64,000 bases of DNA from Klebsormidium nitens (taxonomy: Eukaryota; Plantae; Klebsormidiophyceae): positions 248,001 to 312,000 of the forward strand of contig DF236965.1 of NCBI GenBank assembly GCA_000708835.1, given 5' to 3'. How positions within the stretch are numbered: position 1 is the stretch's first letter; each line of letters starts with the position of its first letter. The notes under the pieces are model-generated. The model did no database searches. It was not told the origin of the DNA and worked only from the letters and a program-made list of their open reading frames with translations. The position numbers and the translations under genes are program-made. Shown here one piece after another: positions 34,001 to 46,000 of this stretch.

Positions 34001-37000
34001 CGTCCGAACACTGGGGTCTTGGCGCGAAGGAGGAGGGAGACGAGAAGAGACGCACAGGGTTCTTGGGAAAGGGATACGATAGCGGCAGGGGGAGGGAACT
34101 GATCAGCACGGTTGCCGGACAGCCTGCAGCAACAGAAAGAAGACTCATGAGCGTCAGAACAAGAAACCTAGCTGAAAAAGCAAAGCCATAAATTGCAGAA
34201 GACAAACATGGCTTAAAGTCTTCATCTAGAACTATTCACCTCAGATAAGCTCACAAAGATTGCACAAACCCTCGCGCCTCCTGATTTGGCGATTCCTCAT
34301 AGCACACGTGTGACCCAGAGCGAGAATAAGCGTCTGTTCTGGAGCAATTGCTTTGGAGAATCGCTAGCTGACGTCACCTGATCATGGCCTCGGCCAGGTC
34401 GAGGCACGTGCCGAGGCAGACCGACTCCGGGACGGTGTCGTCCCGCCAGGACACGTCCTTGGGGTCGCGTCCGCCGTCGGATGAGCCTTTTGTCGGCGTG
34501 CTGCCACGTGGCACGATGCGGCCGTCCTCCGTGAGGTCGGCGCCGTCGCTCACAGGCGGTGCATCAAGCTTCGAGCGGCCGGTGTAGGCGTCGCACTCCA
34601 GGAGCGTCTTGTCGGTGCACATCTGAGGAATCGTAAAATCTCGGTATTCAAGGTTCAGGCTTCGCAGATCGAGTCTGGAAATGTGACGAACGGTGGCCGC
34701 TAAAATAATTCTCAGGTGGTGGAGAGATACATCCGAGCATTCCCTAACGGAAACCAGAGCTTCAGTAAACCAAGACTTGGGTCAGGACGAGCCAACGACT
34801 GAAAAGCCGTGAATCACCAGCGTTCTTCCGTGTTGGACTCTGCAACCCCGTTTGAAACATATCTGGCCGAGACTTCAACATGCGCCCCAGGTGAAGCTTC
34901 TCAGCCTTCCACTCCCAAAACCAGACCGACCCCAAAACCTGCACCAGGTTCAACCAGCTCAAGCAGCGATACCGGCCATCCCTAAAAGACGAGGCGAATC
35001 GCTCCTCACGTTGTGGAGGCAGTGCGCCATCATGGGCGCGAGCACAGAGGGGCCCCCCGCGCGCACGACCTGGAGCACATTCTCGCGCCCGCCCAGCTCC
35101 ATGGCCGTAAGCAGGAAGAGCAGCAGCTGGTACTTGAGCGACTGCTGGTCGTGCGTGGCCGCCACTTGCAGCATCAGCACCACGATCTGAAAGAAAAAAA
35201 AGGATTGAAATGGTTGCTGGGGAGGAAAGATTTGTGTTGAAAACGCATCCCAGATCTGCTGAAAAGTCCCCTTTGCAGCCGCTTGGAAACGTCACGTGCA
35301 TGGGCGTTGCAGCGGCATGTAGGAAAGTTTGCGCTTCCATGTGTTAAAAAGCACTTTGCAAGCAAGAACGCACAAAGCTCTCGGCCAGCGCTCGAATGTG
35401 GACCGAGCGCAGACCAGCGTGCAAAACGAATAATCGCTGAAGTTGTAAAGCCAGGAGCCGGCAGTCAGTCCAAAGCCTTGCCAACGCTAGAATCTTTCCT
35501 GTGCAGATTAATCACCCTCCGACCACCCTGGCAGAGCCTCGAAATCCTGGGAGTGACTTCTACAATCCTATGAACTAAAGACCGGACATGAAACAGCTTG
35601 CAGGGTTATCCAATCCGTCTTCCAGTAACGAGGTAGACCAGCGCTCGCTATCTGTGCTCACCTCAATCACGTTAAGGCCCTGGACCGCATGCCCCAGGTC
35701 CTTATGGTGCCGTTTGAACACCCATGCCAGCGCATGCATCCCCAACCGCAGGTCGATCTCCGTGACGCTGCGAGTGGGCCCCTGGAGCGGCGCCAGGGGG
35801 GTGAAGCCCAGGATGATGGTTTGGAACAGCGACGAGAAGAAGGTGACCGCGTCGCGCAGCTGCAAAGGGGAGCCTTTGTCAGCACATGGTTTCGAAGGGT
35901 CGTAAAACCAGCTGTCCTTGAGCAACTCTCGTAGAGATCGCCTGGCAGTCTCCAAATGGGTTGCTCTGAAAGTTCGACGACAGCTCCGCACAACAAGATT
36001 CCCGTTTCCGTGCGTTGTATTATTCTGCACGTTCGCATCAACAGCGTTCTCACGGAGTCATGGTCTGGCCCTTGGAAATCACCCTTCACCTTGGGGGCAG
36101 ATAAGAAGGCGTGCATGAGATCGGAACCTGAACTCAACCGTCGACAGAAGAGATTGGAAGCCGCACGTACCTACCAAAATTTTTCCATCGGCCCATGTTA
36201 GAGTGCTTGGCCGGAATCGCTCGGCGCACACGATTGAACCAAGTGCTTTCAGATTCAACCCAGCAACGAATGAAAGCGATCACAAGCGCACCTTCCAGGG
36301 ATCCCCCAGCAGGCCCGCGTTGGGGTGCTCCGGCAGATCGACGAGCAGCTCCAGGTGGATGCCCTCGATGATGGTGCCATGGTTCTCCGACGCGTCGCTG
36401 TACGGCAGATACACCTCCCCAATGTTGTAAATCACACTCTGGTCGTTGCCCGCTGCAGCGTCGAACGCCTCAACCTGGCCCGCCAGAAACTGCAAGGAGC
36501 GCTCGGAGTTTCAAGTCGCTATAGAATCTGGTTCGTTTCTTCCATTCCCTTGATAGATCTGGGGTATAAAGAGGTGTTATCAAGGTCGTTGAAAGCGCTT
36601 TCATTGCAGGGCTCTGCGCATGCATCCACTTGGCTCGCCTAAGACAGCTCATATGGTGCAGCATTTCTTATTTCAGGGCTTTAAAGCAAAGGGTTGAGGT
36701 TTTTCGAAGCGGCGACCAAAGGATGTACGCTTAAAATGTTCCTCTGAAAAGATGGTCCACAGCAGCTTAACCCACCACTTAGAGAACGCTTTCGCTTGGC
36801 AACCACTATCCTTAGTCTTGAGATTCCAACTTGCAAACGCTGCATGATAGCAACGTGCTTACAACATGCTTGTGACGGTCAAAATAATTGTGACCGCTCA
36901 CCAGTTGCAGCTCCTTCCGTTTCAGGTCGTTCCACACGAGCGTCGGCAGCGCGACTTCCTCCTTCCTCAGCACCTCCAGGATCTCCAGCCACGCCGTCAG

Positions 37001-40000
37001 CTGCACCGTGCGCATGTCCTGCATGGTGCGCTGGAGGGGCGTTAGGGGTTTAGAATACAGGGGAGCAAAAGGGAGAGTCAAGGAAAGGAGGAGTTTGGGA
37101 CCTCGAAAGCCAGATCCAGGTCAGATGTTCGTGTCGAGAAACGGTGGAAGTTAGAAGACAGCCTTGAAGTGCGAACAGCATGAATGACCCTTCTACTTAG
37201 GACGGTTAATATACTGAATATAGAAGTAGAAGCGAGAAGGCCGTTTAAACTGGATCAACAATGTTACGGTTGGTGCTGACGACATCGTCTGATAGGGCGA
37301 TGTGACTTTGGGGTTAAGCTAGTGGCAAGGTCATTCGCTCGGGTAGCTCAGGTAGATACGTTGACCACGAAAGGCTGCCCTCATAACGTGGATATAGATG
37401 ACGATGCAAAAACCGCTTCAGAGCCAAGGAAATGCACACGCAACAGACCCTCGCGTTTGCACAAGGCTTGACGGCGTAGAAACTTACAAAGTAGGTTCGA
37501 CTACAAAACGGTAGGTTTTCTGAAAACCAAAGCCGAATTTAGACGAGTAAGTCAGGCCCGAGCGCGCATAAGGCCAAACTTTGATCCATGAGAACCTTGG
37601 CGGCGTAAAACCCACTGGAATCAAGCTGGCTCAAGTACGAAAAAGGTTGGGGTAAACCGGAACTAGAGTGGAGAGTTACAGATGTAAGCACGCACCAGGC
37701 CCGACTTGGCATTGGCGAGGACTTTTGCAGCCATGAAAATCTGAAACTGAGTCGATTAAGTAGGCCTAAGAACGAAAACTTACGGAAAGGTCTGGTAGAT
37801 AAAACTCAAACCTAAACCTAGTCAAGGGTTACGAATAACCGAGCACGCACCAGGCCCGACTTTGCATTGGCGAGGACCTTGGCGGCGTGGCAGTAGAAGA
37901 CGCCCTTGGGCAGGACGGCCTCGATCATCTTGCGCGTGTCGGTGCTGCCCTCCATGAGCAGGAACACCAGGTTGCCGCTCAGCAGGCGCATCATCTCGTT
38001 CTTGTGGAACAGCGCGACCTTCAGGTGCAGCAGCACCACGCACCGTGCGAGGGCCACTTTCTGTAAGAGAAGTGGGAGAGTGTGAGACGATTTCGGATGC
38101 GAAAGCGTCTCGAGTTTCTTGTGAACGAGCGTTTCTTTTGCTCTTCTGGAGAGAAAGCGTGAGAACGAAGCAGAGATTGGATGAAGACCAGGTTGCCCCT
38201 CAGGAGCGCATCATCTCGTTCTTGTGGAACAGCGCGACCTTCAAGTGAAAGAGCACCACGCACCGCGCAAGGGCGACTTTCTGTGAAGAAATAGGGAGGG
38301 TGTGAGGCTTTCGGATACGGAAACATTGCGAGGCTTTTTGGGCGTTGCAAGAGCGTCCTTCTTGTTGTTTGAGGAGGGGAAAGAGAAAGAGGTAGAGATT
38401 GGACACCAGACTTGCCCTCAACAAGCGTAACGTCCCGTTCTTGTGGAACAGCGCAACATTCGAGCGGAGGAACACAACGCACCGCACAAAAGCAGTCTGG
38501 AGAAGAGGCGAAGGGTTACTGACTGGATATCGGCAGACGTTAACGGGCTCCCTCTCTTTGCGAGTTGAAGGCGAAGGAACAAGTCTCGAAGGGACAATGG
38601 ACGGGATCGGAGACGGCAGAAAAGAAGTAAAATAAAGGGTTGCTTAAGTGTTGCGAGACTTGAGTAGAAGATACAACCATCAAGGGGAAACCGACTGACT
38701 TTCACGGGACCAAGGAGCAGAGGGCCTCCGATTCCGCAAACAAGATGTGCTTAGGAGTCCGCTTCTGACCCGCATCAAAAAGCCGGTACTTGACTACGTC
38801 AGTCTGACTTGCAGTGATAAACGAAACAAAGTTGCTGGCTTGGAAAGGCCACAATTAAGTAATTCAGTAGCTCCCACGATAAACGGCGGTGCTTACCTGG
38901 ATGTGGCTGGTAACGGGCGGCGAGGCCTTGATGAGCAGGCTGCGCATGAGGACCGTGTTGCACCGGAACACCACCGTGCTGCGCGTGCGGCAAATGGCCG
39001 ACAGCACGTCCGCGGCGCCCATCAGCGCGCTCTCCAGCGACTGCGGACAGGATCCGGACAAGTTACGGACCAGCTCGGACACGCTTCGGACGAGTCTCCG
39101 TTTCCGGGCAGAATCGCATTCACTTATCCATTAGTTTCTGACACACTATAACAAGAGAATCCGGCTTGTCAATTATTCTTGTAGAGTCGGGGATTGTTTG
39201 ACACCAAGAGCGAGGGAGCGCATCGTTACGAAACACCGTGCCCGTAGAGAAGAGTCACGCAATGGGAGCTAAAAACGCAGGGCTTCAAGCTCCGTGAAAG
39301 TGCTGCCATAGCACTTCACACTACAGGGAGTTGAATTGTGGGATTGTGGCCGACCGAGGAAAGGGAAGGGCAAGAGCTTTTCGGTTTGCTCTGAAGACGA
39401 GTAGTTTTCGGTTTTGATTATGGCACGCACCCTGAACCAGGCGACCTCCTTCTCGTTGTCCTGCGCCGTGTGCGACGTGAGTGCGAGCACCAGGATCTCC
39501 AGGTAGGCCATGACCTGCAGGGCGTTCTGGCCCAGAAATGCGTGCGTGTGCAGCATCGCCACCAGCTGCTGCAGGCTCTCGGGGGTCAGCACGGACAGCT
39601 TGTTCAGGTTCTCCTGCAAACAAAGGGGCGAGGTTTTAGGTTTGCTATTTGGTCGAGTTCGGCAGTCTAGACTTTGCTGAAAACTTTAGGGTAAATGTAT
39701 CTAAAGGGCCACATGGAACGCCTTTAGACCACATGGAACGCCAAAATGAACATGATGGGTAGATATCCCTTCTTGGGGGTCAGCATCGACAGCTTGTTCG
39801 AGTTCTCCTGCAAATGGAGGGGCGGGGTTTCAGGATTGAATGGTTATCAATTTTAGGACTTTAGGGTTTGAAATCTAGGGGAGGTGAATTTCCATAAAGA
39901 GGGAACGCAAAACGGATAATGAAGGGCAAGAGGCTCTCGAAGGTCAGCACCGGCAGCTCGTTCAGGTTTCCCGGAAACAGGAGGAGACAGATCTAAAGGT

Positions 40001-43000
40001 AGTTCAGAGTGCAAGATGTGGGAAAGAACGATTAAGAGTTGAGATTGGTTCTTTCAGATCTCGTGCAGCAAATCAGATGAATGTCAGAATTTACACGGGG
40101 CAACGAGAGAACTCTGAATCTCAAGGTCCGGAACGGTACCGCACGGTATCGTCTCCAGAATTTACAACGAGGACTGCTTGCTTAAGGCGCACTGTTGAGC
40201 ATCAGATCGCCAGTGTTGAGTCGAGTTGCCTTCAGAAATGTCACACGAGCGCGTCATGAGCCGGCTCTCGTTTGAGCTGAGTTGAAAGTCACCTTCGAGC
40301 TTCAACGGACCTCCACGCACCAACGAGAGGAAACATTGCCATGACGCAGCACATAACCAGGGCGATCCACGTTTCAACGAGCAAGGAGTCCTTGTATGAC
40401 AGCTGAAGTATACGACAGCTGAAGGCGCACCATAGGCCGACCGACTAGCACGATAAGCGCTCACCTTCGCTTGCCACGCGCTGTCCATAGGCCCCGGGTT
40501 TGGCGACGCATACTTCGCCGCGGCGCGGATCGCTTGCGAGGCGACGTAGGTGATCATGGGGTTCTCACTGCGGATGCATTTGAAGAGAACGGCGCTGAGG
40601 CCGGGCACGTCTTTGACGCCCTCGAAGCACTTGCGGGAGGAGAGCAGGCGCTGGATCATGACGCAGCAGGGGACGATGTAGAGAGCCGCGATGTCGGTCT
40701 TGGCTGCAAAGATTGACAGAATCGAAGTTCAGAGAATGAGAACGGGAAGCTCGGAACAATGGAGCAAGAAGGAAACCTCATCTCGAGAAAAGTTGAGAGG
40801 TTACGTTTGCTTCCAGATGACGTTCTGTCAGATCCTGTGGGGCAGAATAGCTGCTCAATGCACAGGGCTACGCTGTCGGACTTGTCTGCGATCGAGCGCG
40901 AGTTTATGACGTCATGTGACGTCCAGGCTGAACATTCTGGGCGACCACCACAGCCTGGGCACCAAGACCATCTCCATGAGGGCGCTCCACCACGGCGGCG
41001 TCCCCGCGTACAACGTGCACAACCTGTACGGCTCTGCGGAAGGCCGCGCTACACACCTCGCCCTCCGGGGCGCCCATCGTCCCTTCGCTTAGAAGAAACG
41101 GTGAATCTTCATTTCTGATGCACCTTGTGATCTTGCATTCAAAACAAGAAAAGCGAACTTTCTCCACGCCGAAAATCCAAGACAACCACAACGACCGTGC
41201 AAAGAAATCATGAACGGCCACGAAAATCACAGCTGACGTGACGTCATACGGTCACTCACAAATGACGTCCTTGAGGAAGTCGCAGACAATGCCGAGCATC
41301 TTTGGGTCCATGCACTGCACCTCCCCTGCGGGCACGTTGCAGATGTACTGCTTCACCACCGGCTGCCACGCGGCAGGGTTGCGCCCCGCAGTGTGAATGG
41401 CCACCAGCTGACTCAGCAAAGACGCCTCGTACTCGTACTGCAAGGAAGGGAACACTTGTTAGTTTTGCCAAGACATGTAGCGGTGTGATTGGCCACCAGC
41501 TGGCTGAGCAGGGACGCCTCGTACTCGAATTGTGAGGAAAATAGCAGATTTCAATGTTGAGTGTAACGAGTACCAATGTGAATGGGCACCGGCTGGCTTA
41601 GCAGGGACGCCTCGTACTGTGAAGAAAATACAATCAGTAGTGTTAGAGTGACCTGTAGCGGTGTGAACGGGCACCAGCTGGCTTAGCAGGAACGCCTCGT
41701 ACTCGTACTGTGAGGAAGAATTAAGTGGCGTTAAACGGACATGCAGCGGAGTACCAACTTGCCAAGCAAGGATGCCTCGCACTGTGAGACCAAAAGCGAC
41801 TGGTTACGTCTAATGACGTAGCGGTGTGAATGGGCACCAGCTGGCTCAGTGGAAGGACCGCGAATCTCAGTAAGGGGGCCACTCTGGCAGGCATAAGAAA
41901 CCCCGGAATAGTGGAATGAGCACAAGCTGACTGAGAAACGGACGCCCCAACCATACTGCAAGAAAAGTTGGAAGAAACTCGTTTCGCCTTCTCCATCAAG
42001 CAAAAACGTGTTGGGTTTTATGTAAAGACCTTCGAGCCAGCTCGAGACTGCTGAAGCGGCTGATAAGATAGATTCTTCCTCCTCACGTGTTTCCGAACCT
42101 TAGAAGCGAACCTTCGCACCCAAAGAGTTGATTCAAACCAAAGAGTTGACACTCAAGCCATCGCCGATCCTTGCAGTCTGACTATATGTGAAGTGCAATG
42201 CAAACCTGCACTTACCAGCGACATAAGCAGGGGCCGGTCCGGCAGGCAGTGCCCGAAGAGGGGCTCCATTCGGAAGCTGAAGTGCGAGCCCTTGATAATG
42301 CTGATGCTCTCCGCCACGCTCGCCAGAAACGCATCTCGCTGCTCGAGATAGTAGTGCGTCGGGCGCCAGTTCTTGTACTCAATCACGATCTCGCGCTCGT
42401 TGGCGGGGACCATCACGACGCCCAAAATGTCGACCAGGCTGCGTTTGGGGGGTAGATAGAGGGAAAATAAGCAGAGGACAACAGACTGCCTCGAGATGGA
42501 ATGCTTCAGATGAAAATGCGTTTACTACTGGAAGGGCGCCACAATCACGCTCATCACGGCTTTTGAAGAGCGAGAAAAGCTGCTTGAATTTTATGAGAGC
42601 GTATCTCATCAATCTGCACTGATCATTGCCTTTAACAAAAGGGTGGCATTTCGCCTTTTTTTGTTTGTGCGCACCAAGCCTATCCCCTTTCTCTACCTTG
42701 CCTTTTCCTTCGAAAACGAATAAAAGATCACGGGTTGCGAAACAAACGAGGGACTCCAGGGTGGGCAAGAACGTAGCGGGGAGGGGTGAGGCGCAGGAGA
42801 ACAGAAAATGGTTGTTGTGCATCGCCCGACAGTGCCCGGCAGGGTACAAGAAACATTCGTCGCCATGTAAGACTCTAGAACCAGGAAGCGAGTAAGCGAC
42901 CTAGCTTGCACATCCGTGATCCGCAGAAGATTAGTCCAGAGAGTCCTCCTCCGAGCTGCGAAAGCCATCTCGTTGTGAAGCGAAAAGAACAGAGGGGCCG

Positions 43001-46000
43001 CCAGGCACGAACGCAGTGTCGTTCACGCCGATCACGTGAGCGACGCTCTGGGCAATTCACGCGATTCAACGGAAGCTGCAAAGAGGGTCAGAAAGTGCAT
43101 CACCAGTCCCGCGCTCAAAGCTGTAGGATCATGGGCTTTCCAGTTATCCCACCTGTGCGCCCCAATGATGTCCTCCCCGTCTTGCTCCACGAGGTAATCT
43201 ACAGTCAGCAGCAGGCTGCGCGGCCGGGCCAGGCTTGCGTTCCCCTCCGACAGTTTCATCACCCCGAACTCGTACAGCACAGGCCGTTGCTTCTGCAGAC
43301 GATAGACCAGTCGGCTGAGTATTCACTTCAACACTTTCCAAGTTGCAATCGGCAGACCGTACCCAGCCGATCGTTGTTCCGGTCAACCACGAACCATGGC
43401 GCTGTCGTCACGATCAACAAAGGCTGTGATCACGAAGTCTAGATTTCGGATCAAAGTCTCGCAAAGCAACCAAAAAAAAGCTACCAGTAATTGACCCATT
43501 TCCCTCGCTCTTAGCAAGGGAAAACATCGGACAAATCAGGGACTCCAAAAGCAGATATCGAAGCCAGTCGTCACGCTTTGATAGGATAAGGGCCATAAAT
43601 GTTCCCCAGCAAACAATACACGCCTTTAGAAAGCTCTCATATCGCTTTCAGGAGAGACTTGTGTTCCAAAGAGGTTTCTTTTCATTCAGTTCTTATGAAA
43701 GCAAGCTGTCTCAACCACAACGACCCGACTCGGCCGCGCGTCGCTTACAAGCTCCTTGTGGCGGGCGGCAATGGCGTCGTCCATGGCTGCTGCCGTGATC
43801 TTCTCCACGTCCAGTGACTTGTCCAGGTAACTCTGCAGAGACAGACATGGTTGTGTAAACCTCCGCACGTTCCAAGACTGAAACTTGAGCAAAGCGAGGT
43901 CTTGAGGGCTTCTCTGAGTCGACTGCCGTGCAAAGACAAAAAGGATGTCAAAAACATGCCCGTGGCGGGCAACTTCCACCAAGGTTTTTGTAAACGTCGG
44001 CCTCGGTGAATCTCTCTGTGAGGTTTCCCCGGATGACTCGCAAAACGATGCCACTAAACCGAGAAGGAAAACCACGAAACGCTGAAACTCTAGTTCTCTA
44101 AGTGTGGTAGCTGGCGAGAGATTGGTGTTAGAGGCTTCCTGAATGGACCGAGAAGTGGCAAAGGGACGTAAGATTCGTAGTTCCATTCTTCGATTCATTC
44201 CTGATGGAAGGAGGAGCGGCAGGAGTCTGCAGCTCGCCTTGCGCTTCTTCCGGACGGCTTCTTGAAATGACGCCAAAATACCGAGAAGGACAATTTTGAA
44301 TGACCAAAAAACTTCGGATTTGAATGGCGAGAGAGTTACAACTCGCCTTGAGGTTCTTCTGGATGGCCTGCACGAAGGGCGCGGCGTCGCGCAACAGCAG
44401 CTGGACCACGCGCGATTTGAGGTGCAGCAGCACGGCGCGCCCATCGTCATACAACACCTGGATGCGCTCAATGTCCGCCAGGTTGATCGTCTTCAGCGGG
44501 TTCACCTGCGAAAATGATTTTGTGGTTGAGAGAACGCGAAGCAATCTTTGAATCGTAAAAGCCCGCGTGTTGTGCCAAGTAACGCTGCGCTGATCGTGGT
44601 AAGCAGATTTGTATGCGAGGGCGCAATTGTAACGACCTCCTGATACAAGTTCACCTGCGGAGATGCTTTATGAGGAAGGGTACGTAAATCGGGATTCCCT
44701 TGGTGGAACTCAGCTTGTTAAGGGGAACGCTGAAAGAGTCAGAGCTGATTCTCCTAAGCGATTTCATTGCCACAACGCAGGAGGGACAGTACGTCACAGA
44801 TTCCACGTGTCAGTTTGGAGGACCGGAGCACTTCGAACCATTCTCTTTCCACCCATATGTAAGCTCCGACGCTGCACAAAGCTTCCGGAGCTTGTACAGT
44901 TAACAACCTCGAACAACGCCTTCTCTGCCATTGCAACCCCGCGTTAATCCAACGCCCCTTTCAGACATTTTCATTGATACGAAGTAGCATGAAGCAGCCA
45001 CCGAAAGCGGGCGGATGAACGAGGGCTGGCCTGTGAGCGCTTCCTGATATTCGGTTGTGAAGTGCTTTTGGAACGCACCGACTGTCATGGCGAGCAATCA
45101 AGTGGGAGCCAGTGCTGTCTATCCCCACAATGACAACAGCGGTCTCCCAGGAAAAGCAACTCTTTGCAGGCATGGAAGACCTTACAGCACAGGGATCGGT
45201 CTCTCAGCGGCTCACAATACCCTTCCCTAATCTGGGTACCCGCTCCTAATCGGTAGTCACAAACGGACCAAGCCTGTTTCCCTCAACTCTGTGTCCTCTC
45301 CCACAGAAGGATCACGTCCCTGGCCTCTGAAAAGTTTCCTACTGCAGAAGGCTTCTCCTTGCACTCTCACACAGCACAGGACCACAAGCAGATCTGACTC
45401 AGTCATGATGACCTGAATGTTCCAGGCCCCTGGCGAGGCTCCACTTTCTTTCCAACCCTTGAGCTGCTCAACATAGCTCTCTTCCTCCCAAACCCTCGTC
45501 GTAGTTAAGCTGATTCAAACTCCATTTCTCAATCTCAAAGGAGATCCGTAAGAAAGATCTACGGGCCTTCACTGACTCCAGTATTTCCAACGTACCAAAC
45601 AGACTAAAACCCACAAGCCAGACCATCTGCTTTTCCGCTCCACTTTTGAAATGCTGGCGCGGTGGCACAGAGGCAGTCCGTGCGCTTCGAGGCCTCCACA
45701 CTTCTTGAGTAGCATGAGCGTCAGAGTTATAACAAACCGGTCGTCCCCAGAGGCTTCTTAATGCAGCATTGTCTGACCCACAGAACCTTAATAAAAAAGT
45801 GGACAGTACAAGTGCCTGCTCAGCCATTGAAACTGCCCCTTCGTCTCCTTTACTTACGAACATCTTGGGCTGGTGCAAAAGTCGGATATGATGAGATCTC
45901 CAACGATTACTGCACTGTCCCTACCTTTAAAGCTCTATCTCAATGCATTACTCTAGCTCAGTTACAGCTTCTCCCCTTTTGCCTAAGCCGGGGGAATCAC

